Of a stretch of 64,000 nucleotides of DNA, positions 28,470 to 38,281 are shown one piece after another; position 1 is the first letter of the stretch; the number at the start of each line of letters is the position of its first letter. The stretch is taken from NCBI GenBank assembly GCA_011526585.1, contig WYBB01000243.1:16495-80494 (forward strand), read 5' to 3'. This DNA comes from Deltaproteobacteria bacterium (lineage in GTDB: Bacteria; Myxococcota_A; UBA9042; PHBI01). A model generated the notes under the pieces. It did not search any database. It was not told the origin of the DNA and saw only the letters and a list, made by a program, of their open reading frames with translations. Both the position numbers and the translations under genes were made by a program.

Positions 28470-29289
28470 AGACCCTGCGTCGCTCCCCACGCACCTTGCG
28501 GTGGAGCTGCATGATGAGCTCGTGGTTGGTGTTCATCGTCGCGATCGCCGGCTTGAAGCACTGCTCGTGCGCCAGCGAGCCGGGCACTGGCTCCTTGCCG
28601 GAGGTCGCGCAGACCTCGCCGCAGTCGAGGAAGGTGATGCACTTGGCGTAGGAGTGGAAGACGTCGGGCACGTCGGCGAGGTCGCCGGCACACGCCGGGT
28701 TGGGGCAGCCGCAGCCGACGAAGCGCGCGCAGTAGTGGTCGGTCTGGAGCTTGCGCCAGGCGCCCATGAAGGTGTCGCGCACCGGATCGACGCAGGCGTC
28801 GACCTTGGCCTGATCGCAGCCATCGCAGCCGAGGCCGTCGAGGCAGCCCCAGGCGCTCTCGGGCAGCACCGGCTCCCAGGTCGAGGCGTCCGCTTCGCAG
28901 TTGGGCTCCTGGCACTCACACCCGAGCATGCGCTCGCACCATGCCCGGGCCCGCGCCGACACGGCCGGCAGGCCTCGTCGATCCGCGGCGTCGTCCGCGC
29001 GGCTCGGATCGGGCTCGTCGCCCGGCTCATCGTGGGTGGGCGCGGCGGCCTCGTCGCCGGGCGCGTCGTGGGAGGGCGGGCTCGGCTCGTCGCTCGGAGG
29101 CGTCGCGCCCTCCTCGGGCAGCGCGGTCGGCGGCGCTTCATCTCGTCCAGCAGGCGCTTCGCCTGCTCCAGTGGCCGGTGCTCCGCGCCCTTCGGTGGCG
29201 GCGACCGCCGGGGCCGCCGGCTCGCTCTTGCCGCAACCAAGCGCGACGATGAACGGGAAGGTCAGCGCGATCATCCCCTTCGCTTGCAT
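28435..29289 (-). CDS. Cys-rich lipoprotein, hypothetical
   Basis: AGGAG RBS; ALGC lipobox; Pro/Glu linker; two repeated Cys-rich units. Confidence 0.72.
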   Translation of the reverse strand: MQAKGMIALTFPFIVALGCGKSEPAAPAVAATEGRGAPATGAGEAPAGRDEAPPTALPEEGATPPSDEPSPPSHDAPGDEAAAPTHDEPGDEPDPSRADDAADRRGLPAVSARARAWCERMLGCECQEPNCEADASTWEPVLPESAWGCLDGLGCDGCDQAKVDACVDPVRDTFMGAWRKLQTDHYCARFVGCGCPNPACAGDLADVPDVFHSYAKCITFLDCGEVCATSGKEPVPGSLAHEQCFKPAIATMNTNHELIMQLHRKVRGERRRVYDQNGNWLYDE

Positions 29290-29375
29290 GTCGAGGGCTC
29301 CTGTTCTGGCTGGACGGCCTTTGAATAGGGCGAGAGCCCGGCAGAGGCAACCCCGCATCCCTCGAGCTCGAGGTT

Positions 29376-29921
29376 TCAGCGTCTGACCGGCATCTTGCCG
29401 AGCTTTCGCTGCAACGAGCGCCGATGCAGCCCGAGGAGCCGCGCCGCCTGTGAGACGTTGCCGCCGCAGTCGTGCATGACGCGCTGGATGTGCTCCCACT
29501 CGACGCGCGCGAGCGACGGCACCTCGGGCACGACCTCGCTCGATCCGGCCTCGGCCGGAGGCGGATCGAAAGCCGCAAGGATCTGATCGGTGTCGGCCGG
29601 CTTCTGCAGGTAGTTCACCGCGCCGATCCGCATCGCCTCGATCGCGGTGGCGATGCTGCCGTACCCGGTGAGCACGACGATCTTCGTCGCCGGATCGATC
29701 GCCAGCAGCTCGCGCACCACCTCGAGCCCGCCGCGGCCCGGCATGCGCAGGTCGACCACCGCCAGCTCGGGGCTCTCCTCGCGCGCCAGCGCGAGCGCCG
29801 CCTCGCCATCGGCCGCCCCCCGCGCGTCGAGCCCGCGATCGGAGAGCGCGCGGATCAGCCGCTCGCGCAGCGGCGCCTCGTCGTCGACGATCAGGATCGA
29901 ACGCGAGATCTCGTCGCTCAT
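29376..29921 (-). CDS. regA: RegA/PrrA/ActR-family response regulator
   Basis: ILIVDDE, VVDLRMP, LTGYGSIATA, YLQKP, SLARVEWEHIQRV...NVSQAARLLGLHRRSLQRKL. Confidence 0.93.
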   Translation of the reverse strand: MSDEISRSILIVDDEAPLRERLIRALSDRGLDARGAADGEAALALAREESPELAVVDLRMPGRGGLEVVRELLAIDPATKIVVLTGYGSIATAIEAMRIGAVNYLQKPADTDQILAAFDPPPAEAGSSEVVPEVPSLARVEWEHIQRVMHDCGGNVSQAARLLGLHRRSLQRKLGKMPVRR

Positions 29922-31321
29922 GCGGCCCTCCCTGCCTCGTGCGCGCGATCCGCTGCCCCCACCGTGTCGCGCGGGAGCACGAGCGCGACCTCGCTGCCGT
30001 CCGCGCTCGACACGACGTCGAGGCGGCCGCCGAGCGCGTGCGCCAGGGTCTGCGCCAGGTGCAGCCCGAGGCCGAGCCCCTCGCCCGGTCGCGTCGTCAC
30101 GAACGCCTCGCCGAGCTCGCGCAGCACCTCGGGCTGAAAGCCCGCGCCGCGATCGCGCACCCATAGGCGCACCTCGTCGCCTCCGCCCCGGCCGGTGACG
30201 AGGCGCGTGCCGATCGCGATCGGCGTCGCTCGCCGCGCCGGATCGACGCTCGCGCGCTGGGCGCGATCGGCGTTGTCGACGAGGTTGCACAGCGCCTGCA
30301 CCAGCGCCACCCGCGGCACGACGAGCTCGACCGTCGGCCCCTCGGGCGCCGTCAGCGCCAGCCCCGGTCGGTTGGCGAAGCGCTCGCGCACCTCGCCCCA
30401 CAGGGTCGCGCTCGCGATCGGCTCGACCCGCTCGCCGTGCAGGAGGCCACCGCGGCGGCTGAGGTCGTTCAGCATGCCGCGGCAGCGATCGACCTCGGCC
30501 CGGATGAGGCGCGCGTCGTCCGCCAGCACCTTCAGATCGCCCGCGGCGGCGCCTTCGCGTTCCAACGCGCGCTCCAGCTCGCGCGCGCTGACCGCGATGG
30601 TCGCGAGCGGGCTGCCGAGCTCGTGCGCCGCCGAGGCGGAGAAGGTCGCCAGCGCCGCCAGCCGCTCGCTGCGCTCTGCCCTGATCCCGAGGCGCGCGAG
30701 CTCCTCGTCCCGGCGCGCGAGCGCCCGCGCCAGCCCGGAGACGAAGGCCGCGACGAAGGCCGCCGCCAGCGCGAAGGCGACCCACATACCCTGCAGGTGC
30801 AGGCTGGAGGCGCCGTGGTGGTGCATCGCGTGCTCGTCGATCGGGATCGCCGGCAAGACGAAGAGGAGGCCGAACGCCACCGCTGTCGCCAGCGCCATCC
30901 ACCACGCTCCGCGCGCCCCGAGCAGGAGCCCGGCCAAGACGACGTGCACGAGATAGAAGATCGAAAACGGGTTGGCCGGCCCGCCCGCCGCGAGCAGGAG
31001 CGCGGTCAGGAGCGCCACGTCGAGCCCGAGCACCGCCGCGATCAGCGCGCGCGCCTCGCCCTCGCCACGCGCGCGCCCGATCCACAGCGCGAGCCCGAGG
31101 TTGCTCGCCGCCCCGAGCCCGACCAGCCCGAGGAGCAACCCCAGCTCCAGCGGCAGCTCGCTCGCCAGCCGCACGATCACGATCGTCAGGAGCTGCCCGC
31201 CGAGCGACGCCCAGCGCAGCTGGGTGAGCCAACGCAACCCGGCGCGCTGCACCGCCGATGGGCGCGGCTCGGTCGTACGCTCGGGTCCTCGCGGCTCGTC
31301 CTTCGGGCTCACGTTCGCCAC
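29918..31321 (-). CDS. regB: RegB/PrrB/ActS-family sensor histidine kinase
   Basis: TM region with GGPANPF quinone-binding motif, AAHELGSPL H-box, DRCR redox Cys, NLVDNA, DRGAG, GLGLGL. Confidence 0.92.
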   Translation of the reverse strand: MANVSPKDEPRGPERTTEPRPSAVQRAGLRWLTQLRWASLGGQLLTIVIVRLASELPLELGLLLGLVGLGAASNLGLALWIGRARGEGEARALIAAVLGLDVALLTALLLAAGGPANPFSIFYLVHVVLAGLLLGARGAWWMALATAVAFGLLFVLPAIPIDEHAMHHHGASSLHLQGMWVAFALAAAFVAAFVSGLARALARRDEELARLGIRAERSERLAALATFSASAAHELGSPLATIAVSARELERALEREGAAAGDLKVLADDARLIRAEVDRCRGMLNDLSRRGGLLHGERVEPIASATLWGEVRERFANRPGLALTAPEGPTVELVVPRVALVQALCNLVDNADRAQRASVDPARRATPIAIGTRLVTGRGGGDEVRLWVRDRGAGFQPEVLRELGEAFVTTRPGEGLGLGLHLAQTLAHALGGRLDVVSSADGSEVALVLPRDTVGAADRAHEAGRAA

Positions 31322-31432
31322 CGTAGCCTTACCGACGCGCGGCGGGAAGCCGCTTCACCTCGGTCTCCGCCGGGCGCGCTTGGATCGATGCACAAAACGC
31401 CGAGACGATGGAATAGAGCCTTGACGAGCAGT

Positions 31433-31447
31433 CTTACATGTCGCAAG
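31433..31447. promoter_or_regulatory. Possible PadR operator (imperfect palindrome CTTAC-N5-GCAAG)
   Basis: Lies between TTGACG (31421) and the padR RBS in a divergent intergenic region. Confidence 0.3.
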
Positions 31448-31469
31448 TATCCTGCTGCCAGGAGGCGAC

Positions 31470-31787
31470 ATGAAGCAAGCGTTGAGCTCGAAAGAGCAGG
31501 TGATCCTCGAGCTGCTCGACACCGGAGAGCGCTACGGGCTCGAGCTGGTCGAGGCCTCGAACGGCGCGCTCAAGCGCGGCACGGTGTACGTGACGCTGGC
31601 GCGCATGGAGGCGCAGGGCCTCGTGACCTCGCGCCACGAGGACGGGCCGCCGCCGCAGGGCGGGCTGCCGCGGCGTCTCTACCGGGCGACCGCGCTCGCG
31701 GCCGAGCTGATGGCGCTGCAGCGCGCGATGCACGAGACGCTGCGCGCGTCCGGGCTGAAGCTCGCGCTGGTCGGAGGTGGGTCGTGA
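31470..31787 (+). CDS. PadR-family transcriptional regulator
   Basis: ERYGLEL, GTVYVTLARMEAQGLV, PRRLYRAT; AGGAGG RBS. Confidence 0.9.
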   Translation: MKQALSSKEQVILELLDTGERYGLELVEASNGALKRGTVYVTLARMEAQGLVTSRHEDGPPPQGGLPRRLYRATALAAELMALQRAMHETLRASGLKLALVGGGS

Positions 31788-32842
31788 AGGGCGGCTTCAT
31801 CATGCGTTGGGGCAGGGGCATGCTCGAGCCCGAGACCTACGAGCGCACGCTGCTCGCGGCCGAGGCCGATCTGCGCCACGAGCTCGCGAACGCGCCGAGC
31901 GACGTCGAGCGCGCGCGCATCACCAGGGGCGCGCGCATGACGTTGGTGCGCGTGCTCATCGGCGCGCTTGCCCACGACCGGCGCGTCGCGCGCCGCGGGC
32001 TCGCGTGGTGGCTCCTCATGGCCCCGCTCCTGGCGGTGCTGGTCGGCATGCTCGCCCTGCCGGCGGGCCACGGCATGCCGGTCATCGCGCAGCTCGTCTT
32101 CGTGGCGCTCGGCCTCCTCCTCGGCGCGACCATGGCGCGAACGCCGCGCCGCGTGCTCGCGCACGAGGCGCCGGCGGGAGGCTGGATCGCGCTCGGTGTG
32201 CTCGCGCTCGTGCCGCTCGTCGGCACGTCGGTCGACGGCGCCACGCGTTGGCTCGCGATCGGCCCGCTACAGATCCACGTCGCCACCCTCGTCCTGCCGT
32301 TCGTGGCGCTCGCGCTCGTCGAGCTCTCGGCGCGTGGGCGCGCGCTGCACACGGCGGCGATGATCGTCGTCGCGCACGCGGCGCTGGCGCTGACCTCCGA
32401 CGCCGGCGCCACGCTCACCTGGTCGCTGGTGCTCGCGGTCGCGACGTCGCTCCGCTGGCGCTGGGCGCTCGCGGCCGCCGCGCTCGGGATCGGCGCCTTC
32501 GCGCTCGCGCTCGCCCGCGATCCGGGGCTTGCGCCATCGCCGCTCGCCGAAGGCGCGCTCGGCACGCTCGCCGGTGAGAGCGCCATCGCGCTGGCGCTCG
32601 GGATCGCAGGCCTCGCGCTGGCGATCGGCGCCCCGCTCACGCGGCTCGGCGCCGCCGATCGACGCGCCAGGGCGCTCGCGCTCACCGCCGCGCTGGTCGT
32701 CGCCGCGCCGCTCGCGGCCAACGCGTGGCTCGCGACGCCGGTGCCGCTGGTCGGCTACGGGGGCAGCGCGGTCATCGCGACCTACCTCGCGCTCGGTGCG
32801 CTCCTGTCTTACGCGCGCCGCGCACCGCCGCGCCCCGCCTGA
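31784..32842 (+). CDS. FtsW/RodA (SEDS)-like membrane protein, divergent
   Basis: DGATRWLAIGPLQI and PVPLVGYGGSA SEDS motifs; many TMs; GTGA overlap with padR. Confidence 0.72.
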   Translation: MKGGFIMRWGRGMLEPETYERTLLAAEADLRHELANAPSDVERARITRGARMTLVRVLIGALAHDRRVARRGLAWWLLMAPLLAVLVGMLALPAGHGMPVIAQLVFVALGLLLGATMARTPRRVLAHEAPAGGWIALGVLALVPLVGTSVDGATRWLAIGPLQIHVATLVLPFVALALVELSARGRALHTAAMIVVAHAALALTSDAGATLTWSLVLAVATSLRWRWALAAAALGIGAFALALARDPGLAPSPLAEGALGTLAGESAIALALGIAGLALAIGAPLTRLGAADRRARALALTAALVVAAPLAANAWLATPVPLVGYGGSAVIATYLALGALLSYARRAPPRPA

Positions 32843-32879
32843 CGAGAGGTCCCATGGCGTGGCCGTCGCGCGGCCACGC

Positions 32880-33778
32880 TCACCCGCTCGCCCGGTCGGC
32901 ATACAGCACGCCGTGCCGCAGCTCGATCGGCGCCGGCCGGTGCGGCAGGAGCCACCGATACGCGGCGTCCCACACCACGTCGGCCGCCGCCCCGGCGAAC
33001 ACTCGGCGCACGGCCTGCGCCACGTCGTTCGCCGCGAACAGCCCGGCATCCTCCGTGCCCAGCGCGCGCACCACCTCGCTCGCGGCGACGCGGTAGGTCG
33101 ACCACGTGAACGTCGACCCGCTCGGCGGTGGCGCGGCGTCGGGGCTCGGCGCGAGCCCTCGCGCCGCGAAGAAGCGCGCGAGCCCTCGCGCGCGCTCGTC
33201 GACCATCGCCACGAAGCGCGCGCGCTCGGGTGCGTCATGAGGATCGCCCAGCTCGCACATGACCAGGATCGGCAAAGGCTGATCCCACGGCGCCCCGCAG
33301 ACGTTCGTGGCCGCGGCCTCCACGTCGATCACCTGAAGCGCATGTGCACGCGCTCCTCGGGCGGTCCGCCCGCGCCCCAGTACGTCGTCGGATCAGGCGC
33401 GAACCCGGACATCTCGACGCGCCCGGCGGCGTCCGACTCCATCAAGAAGCCACCCGAGCCATCGTAGAGATCGATCTGGAACGCGCGGCGACCCAGGGCC
33501 CGGGCCAGCCGTGCCAGCAGCGGTGGCTCGTGCACCTGCAGGAGCTCGAGCGGCATCGTCACGACGCAGGTCCACCCGGGCGCGCCGGCGAGCGCCAGGA
33601 TCCCCCAGCGCCCGACCTCGTCCCCGCGCCCGTACTGCATCGGGTCATACGCCTCGGGCACCCGCTCCAACGGCGTGACGAGCACGCGCCCGCGCTCGAC
33701 CACCAGCGCCCCGAGCACCTCGGTGACCCGCTCGACGTCGTCGCTCTCGACGAACGCCAGGTTCATCCACTCACCCAT
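32880..33778 (-). pseudogene. Hypothetical protein split into two ORFs (33329-33778 and 32880-33332), probable frameshift
   Basis: Junction ATG CGC TTC AG|GTG ATC GAC would read through with one extra base; no clear RBS for the second ORF. Two coupled genes is the alternative. Confidence 0.45.
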
Positions 33779-33966
33779 CGCCTCGCCTCCATGCGATTGG
33801 AACCCGATCGTCGGCCCCGGTCAACGAACACGCCCGCTCTGTTCCGGCCTGCGCTCCGGCGCGCTCCCCGACGGTGAGGGAGCGAGGCGGACCATCGTCG
33901 GCGCATCTCACCGCACGCCGAGGCAGATGTGACACGATTCGCCTGGCGCTGTATTGAGCTCCACCG

Positions 33967-35274
33967 ATGGAACCGATCGCAGAACGTCGCTTCATGCTTG
34001 CCAATGGCATGGCGATCCACCTGATCGAACGTCGGGGGTGGACGACCTTTGCCGTGACGCTCGATCTCGGGATCGGTTGGGGTGACGACGACGCTGCCGC
34101 GCCGGGCCTGGCCATGCTGCTGCCACGGCTCTATGCCGAGCCCGAGCTCGCGCCGTCGAGCGCGCCGGGGCTCGGTTGGCGGTGGTGGTGCGCGATCGCG
34201 GACACCTTCGTGTCGGTGGCCGGACATCCGAGCCACCTCGGCGAGACCCTGGCCTCGCTCGCTCGGATCATGGATCCGCGACCGCTCACCAGGCAGGCGT
34301 TCGAGGAGGGGCTGCGCGCGCTGAAGCGGGAAGGGCAGGCGGAGCGCGCCGCGCCGCGCACCCGGGTCCTCGAAGCGGCCCGAGCGCGCATGGTCGGCGA
34401 CGAGGTCCTCGCGCGCGATTCGTTGGCCGATCTCAGGCCGCTGGGCCGCCTCACCTTCGACGAGATCGCGAGCCGGCATGCGCGCGGATGGTCATCTCGC
34501 AACGCGCGCCTGACGCTCGCGTCTCCCACCCCGATCGACGAGCTCGCCGCCCGCGTCGAGCAGACCCTGGGCCGGGTGGTCTCCCGCGCCGAGCCGCTGG
34601 CCGAGCGCCCGCGCCGCGAGCCGGCCGCGCGATCCGAGCTGGTCGTTCGCTTCGTCGCCGACGCGCAGCCGCCGTGGGTGATCGTCGCGCAGCCCCTCGC
34701 CTCGGCCGAGCCGACCGCACAGGTGATGCTGCTACGGCAGCTCGCGCTGCGCGCGATCTCCGAGGGGCTCGAGGCCGTGCCCGCGCACGAGACATGGTCC
34801 GCCGGCGCGCCGCAGTGCGCGACCCACCACTTTGGACCACGAGGGATCTTCGAGCTCTCGGTGACGCTGCCGCCCAGGCGCGTGATAGCGGGGCTCGAGC
34901 TCGTGCTCGCGCGGATCGAGCAGGCGCAGCGCTCGCCCCCCGAGCAGGCGGACGTGATGGCGGCGCGGCGCGAGGTCACCGAGTACCTCGAGATGGTCGA
35001 GGGCGATCCGAGCGAGGTCTGCAGGTTGCTGGCAGGGCAGGGCATGCGGCAGGCCAGCCCCTGGCGTGGCAGCCTCGCCGAGCTGCGCGAAGCGGTCGCC
35101 CGGGTCGAGCCCGCCGAGCTCGGCGCCTTGGCGCGCCGGGTCTTCGCTCCGACATCCCGCTCCGTGCTCGTCGTCGGTCCGCTGCCGCTCTTGACCAGCT
35201 GGCGCGCCAGACGTCTCGTGCGCCGCTTCGACCGAGACCCCGAGCACCCGCGCGGCGCAGGTCATCACGCCTGA
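33967..35274 (+). CDS. M16 (insulinase)-family peptidase-like protein, probably inactive
   Basis: FMLANGMAI start; GLAMLLPRL where HxxEH is expected; typical M16 C-terminus ARV...RVF...VLVVGP. Confidence 0.72.
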   Translation: MEPIAERRFMLANGMAIHLIERRGWTTFAVTLDLGIGWGDDDAAAPGLAMLLPRLYAEPELAPSSAPGLGWRWWCAIADTFVSVAGHPSHLGETLASLARIMDPRPLTRQAFEEGLRALKREGQAERAAPRTRVLEAARARMVGDEVLARDSLADLRPLGRLTFDEIASRHARGWSSRNARLTLASPTPIDELAARVEQTLGRVVSRAEPLAERPRREPAARSELVVRFVADAQPPWVIVAQPLASAEPTAQVMLLRQLALRAISEGLEAVPAHETWSAGAPQCATHHFGPRGIFELSVTLPPRRVIAGLELVLARIEQAQRSPPEQADVMAARREVTEYLEMVEGDPSEVCRLLAGQGMRQASPWRGSLAELREAVARVEPAELGALARRVFAPTSRSVLVVGPLPLLTSWRARRLVRRFDRDPEHPRGAGHHA

Positions 35275-35364
35275 CGTTCGCGTGCACCGCCTCGCTGCGC
35301 GCCACACCGCCGCCTGCCGCTGCGTGCAATTGCGCCGCCTGCACATGCAAGGTACACAACGGCC

Positions 35365-36396
35365 ATGCCGACGCTGCGCTCGCTCCTGCCCACGACTTCG
35401 TTGTCTTTGCTCATGGCGCTGTTCGCTGCGTGCGGATCGTCGGGGGGCGCTTCGGCCGTCGTGGAGAAGGTGCACGGCGAGCCCGAGTACGCGCAGGCCG
35501 CGTTTTCGGCGGCGCAGATCCACGCGGCGACGAAGCCGGGGCGGACGTACGTGTGGCGCGTGGTGTCGCCCGGCGCGCCCGAGACGCTCTCGGTGATGAC
35601 GTTCGGGGCGGTCGACGACGAAGGTGCGGATCTCACGAGGGAGACACGCGCGCCCGGCGGCGAGGTGGTCGACGGGCCGACGTCGGCGCGCGCGACGTGG
35701 GGGGAGCTGGAGGGGCACGGGCGCTTCCCGTTGGACGCGCTGACCGTCACGGCGACGACGGTGTCGGTCCCGGCGGGCACGTGGCCGGCGCGGCTCTACG
35801 AGGTGCGGAGAGCGGACGACGACATCCTGCGCCTCTGGTTCGCCGACGAGCTGCCGGGGGCGCCGGTCCGGATCGAGACGATGGAGGACGGGCTGGTCGT
35901 GGAGACGCGCGAGCTGATCGAGCACAGGAACGGGCTCGTGCTGGGGAGGGTGACGGACGCGGCGTACGAGCTGGCGAAGGCCGAGGGTCGGATCGACGAC
36001 AACGGCGTCGTGTTCACGCCGGCCGAGATCGCCGACGGCACCTACCGAGCGGTCTTCGGGCACGGGTTCGACGAGCGCGCCTCCGACCTGTTGATGGGCA
36101 CGACGCTCACGGTCGATCGCGCGCGCGGCACGGCGACGATCACCACGCCCGGGCAGGGCACGACGGTCCTGAAACTGACGCCGAGACCTCGGAGCGAGTG
36201 GATCCCGAACTGCATGTCCTCGACCGGCTACATCCTCAACGAGGCGGCGAACCTCGAGCCCGCGACGGTCACCGTCGTCGGCGCGACGTTCGAGTCGGCC
36301 TCGCTCCAGGGCGTGTGCAAGGCCGAGCGGGTCGTGCTGATCGGCAAGGCGGGCGGGCCGGATCTGACGTTCGACCTGCCGCGCACCAGCCCCTGA
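35365..36396 (+). CDS. Lipoprotein, hypothetical (two domains)
   Basis: LFAAC lipobox; TVSVPAGTW motif as in DUF3108-like beta proteins. Confidence 0.68.
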   Translation: MPTLRSLLPTTSLSLLMALFAACGSSGGASAVVEKVHGEPEYAQAAFSAAQIHAATKPGRTYVWRVVSPGAPETLSVMTFGAVDDEGADLTRETRAPGGEVVDGPTSARATWGELEGHGRFPLDALTVTATTVSVPAGTWPARLYEVRRADDDILRLWFADELPGAPVRIETMEDGLVVETRELIEHRNGLVLGRVTDAAYELAKAEGRIDDNGVVFTPAEIADGTYRAVFGHGFDERASDLLMGTTLTVDRARGTATITTPGQGTTVLKLTPRPRSEWIPNCMSSTGYILNEAANLEPATVTVVGATFESASLQGVCKAERVVLIGKAGGPDLTFDLPRTSP

Positions 36397-36565
36397 TGGA
36401 GCGCGCGCCGCGTGGTGCTGACCGGCGGGCTCGGGATCGACAGCGGCGACTTCGAGGCGGACGCGGGCTACGCGTGGCGTGGGATCGTCGCGGCCGAGCT
36501 CGGTCTCCTCTTCGATTCCGATAGCTGGAGCGACCTGCACCGAGCCCATTGCACACACCCACCGC

Positions 36566-37189
36566 TCAAGGTCCGGCGGCCGCGGGTTGGCGCGGCGTGT
36601 GACAGCGCCCGGCCTGTCCGAGCGATCGGGTGACCGTGCAGCCCCAGACCGGCGTGCGACGTAGTCCATCGCCCGCGCCCGCCAGGACCTCGCCGAGCGT
36701 CTCCTCCAGCCACGCCTCGCGGTCCGGATCGCCGGGCGCGCGCTCGTTGTCGATCCAGCCCTGGAAGCGCACCTGCCCCATCCGATCGAGCACCACCACG
36801 GTCGGCGTGCTGATGACGCCGAGGTGCCGCGCGAGCACGCCGCCGTCGTCGCGCAGGATCGGCAGCGGCCAGCGGCCGTCCGCCTCGCGCACCACCTCGT
36901 CGTCGTCATCGGCGTTGCTCGCGACGTAGTAGAGCGCGACCCGCTCGCCGCCGTGGCGCGCGGCCAGGTCTTCGACGCGTGCCGCGTAGCGCTTCACGCA
37001 CGGGCAGGTGCTCGCCCACCACACGAGCACCGTCGCGTCGTGGTCGCTGACGATTTCACTCAGCGCCAGCGCGCGCCCGTCGCTCGTGGCGAGCGCGCCC
37101 GCGTCCGGCCCCAGCACGCCCGCGCCCGCGCCCGATGCGCACCCCGCGAGCACGACCGAGAACGCCCAGAGGATCATCGCGCGCATCAT
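36566..37189 (-). CDS. Redoxin (AhpC/TSA-like) lipoprotein
   Basis: VLAGC lipobox; WWASTCPCVK; STPTVVVLD; FQGWIDN; TPVWGC. Confidence 0.85.
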   Translation of the reverse strand: MMRAMILWAFSVVLAGCASGAGAGVLGPDAGALATSDGRALALSEIVSDHDATVLVWWASTCPCVKRYAARVEDLAARHGGERVALYYVASNADDDDEVVREADGRWPLPILRDDGGVLARHLGVISTPTVVVLDRMGQVRFQGWIDNERAPGDPDREAWLEETLGEVLAGAGDGLRRTPVWGCTVTRSLGQAGRCHTPRQPAAAGP

Positions 37190-37190
37190 C

Positions 37191-38102
37191 TCAGAAGCTC
37201 CCGTAGCGCAGGCCGAGCGTCGTCGTGACGCGGCCGGATTGATTGACGCCGCCGTCGTCGACGGCGATCGGTCCGTCGACGCTCGCCTGCATCGTCCAGT
37301 GCGGGTCGAAGCGCCACGAGCCGGCCAGCGTCACCCCGAGCTCACGCCGCGCCGATCCCGCCAGCGCCTTTTCGCCGAGCCGCGTCTCGTCGGTCCACGA
37401 CAGGTGCGGCACCAGGCTCAGCACCACGTCGTCGGCGACCTCGAGCCCGCCCGCCAGCGCCACCTCCAGCGCGACGCCGAGCCGCTGCTCGACGCCGAGG
37501 TCGTCGCGCCGGCTCGGCAGCGGCACGCTCACGCCCAGATCGAGCCGCGCATACCACGGCAGCCGCGTCACCTCGAGCTCCACCCCCAGCGCGATCACCC
37601 ACGCGCCGCGCCCGGTCACGTCGACCGCCAGCGGGGTCTTCGCGTCCTCGGGCGCGCGCCCGGTCGGCGCGACGACCGCGATCGTCGCTGCGATCGCCGG
37701 CAGCTCGAGGATCTCGCCGATCGCCAGGAACTCGTAGCGCAACCCGGCCGCGATGTCGCCGAGCCCACCGCCGAGATCGCTGTCGTGCAGGGTCGAGCGC
37801 GCCATCACCACCGCCGGCACGCGCAGCGAGATCGAGGCCCGCCGATCGAGCCCGACCAGCCCCCACACCTCGCTACGCCACTCGTGCTCACCGTAGTCGC
37901 CGGCGCCCTGCCACGCGCCCTCGTGATCCCAGCCGCCGACCGCCGACCCCAACGCCGTGCGCACCCCGAGCGCGAAATCCTCCCAGATCAGGAGCCGCCC
38001 CACCCCGAACGCCGTCGCCGACATGCAGCACGGCGCCGCGCTCGACGCTCGCGGCAGCGCGACCAGGCCGAGCCCGACCATCGCTGCCAGCCATCGCATC
38101 AT
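37191..38102 (-). CDS. Outer-membrane beta-barrel 'transporter' (MetA/phenol-pathway-like)
   Basis: Signal peptide followed by APCC; GLGDIAAGLRY, APTG; alternating beta strands; C-terminal Phe. Confidence 0.7.
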   Translation of the reverse strand: MMRWLAAMVGLGLVALPRASSAAPCCMSATAFGVGRLLIWEDFALGVRTALGSAVGGWDHEGAWQGAGDYGEHEWRSEVWGLVGLDRRASISLRVPAVVMARSTLHDSDLGGGLGDIAAGLRYEFLAIGEILELPAIAATIAVVAPTGRAPEDAKTPLAVDVTGRGAWVIALGVELEVTRLPWYARLDLGVSVPLPSRRDDLGVEQRLGVALEVALAGGLEVADDVVLSLVPHLSWTDETRLGEKALAGSARRELGVTLAGSWRFDPHWTMQASVDGPIAVDDGGVNQSGRVTTTLGLRYGSF

Positions 38103-38281
38103 TGCCCTCGGTCGAGAATCCTCGTCGCGCATGCGATCTCCCGCGCGCGCCGCCGCGCACCTCCCATGTCTAAGCGCCGCTCGGGCCCTTGGCGATGCGG
38201 TCGATTGTCGCACCCCCGCCTGCGGGGAGCGCTACCCTGGCCATGGCCGATACGCTGTTCGCTGCGCGGCGCTACCGACGC

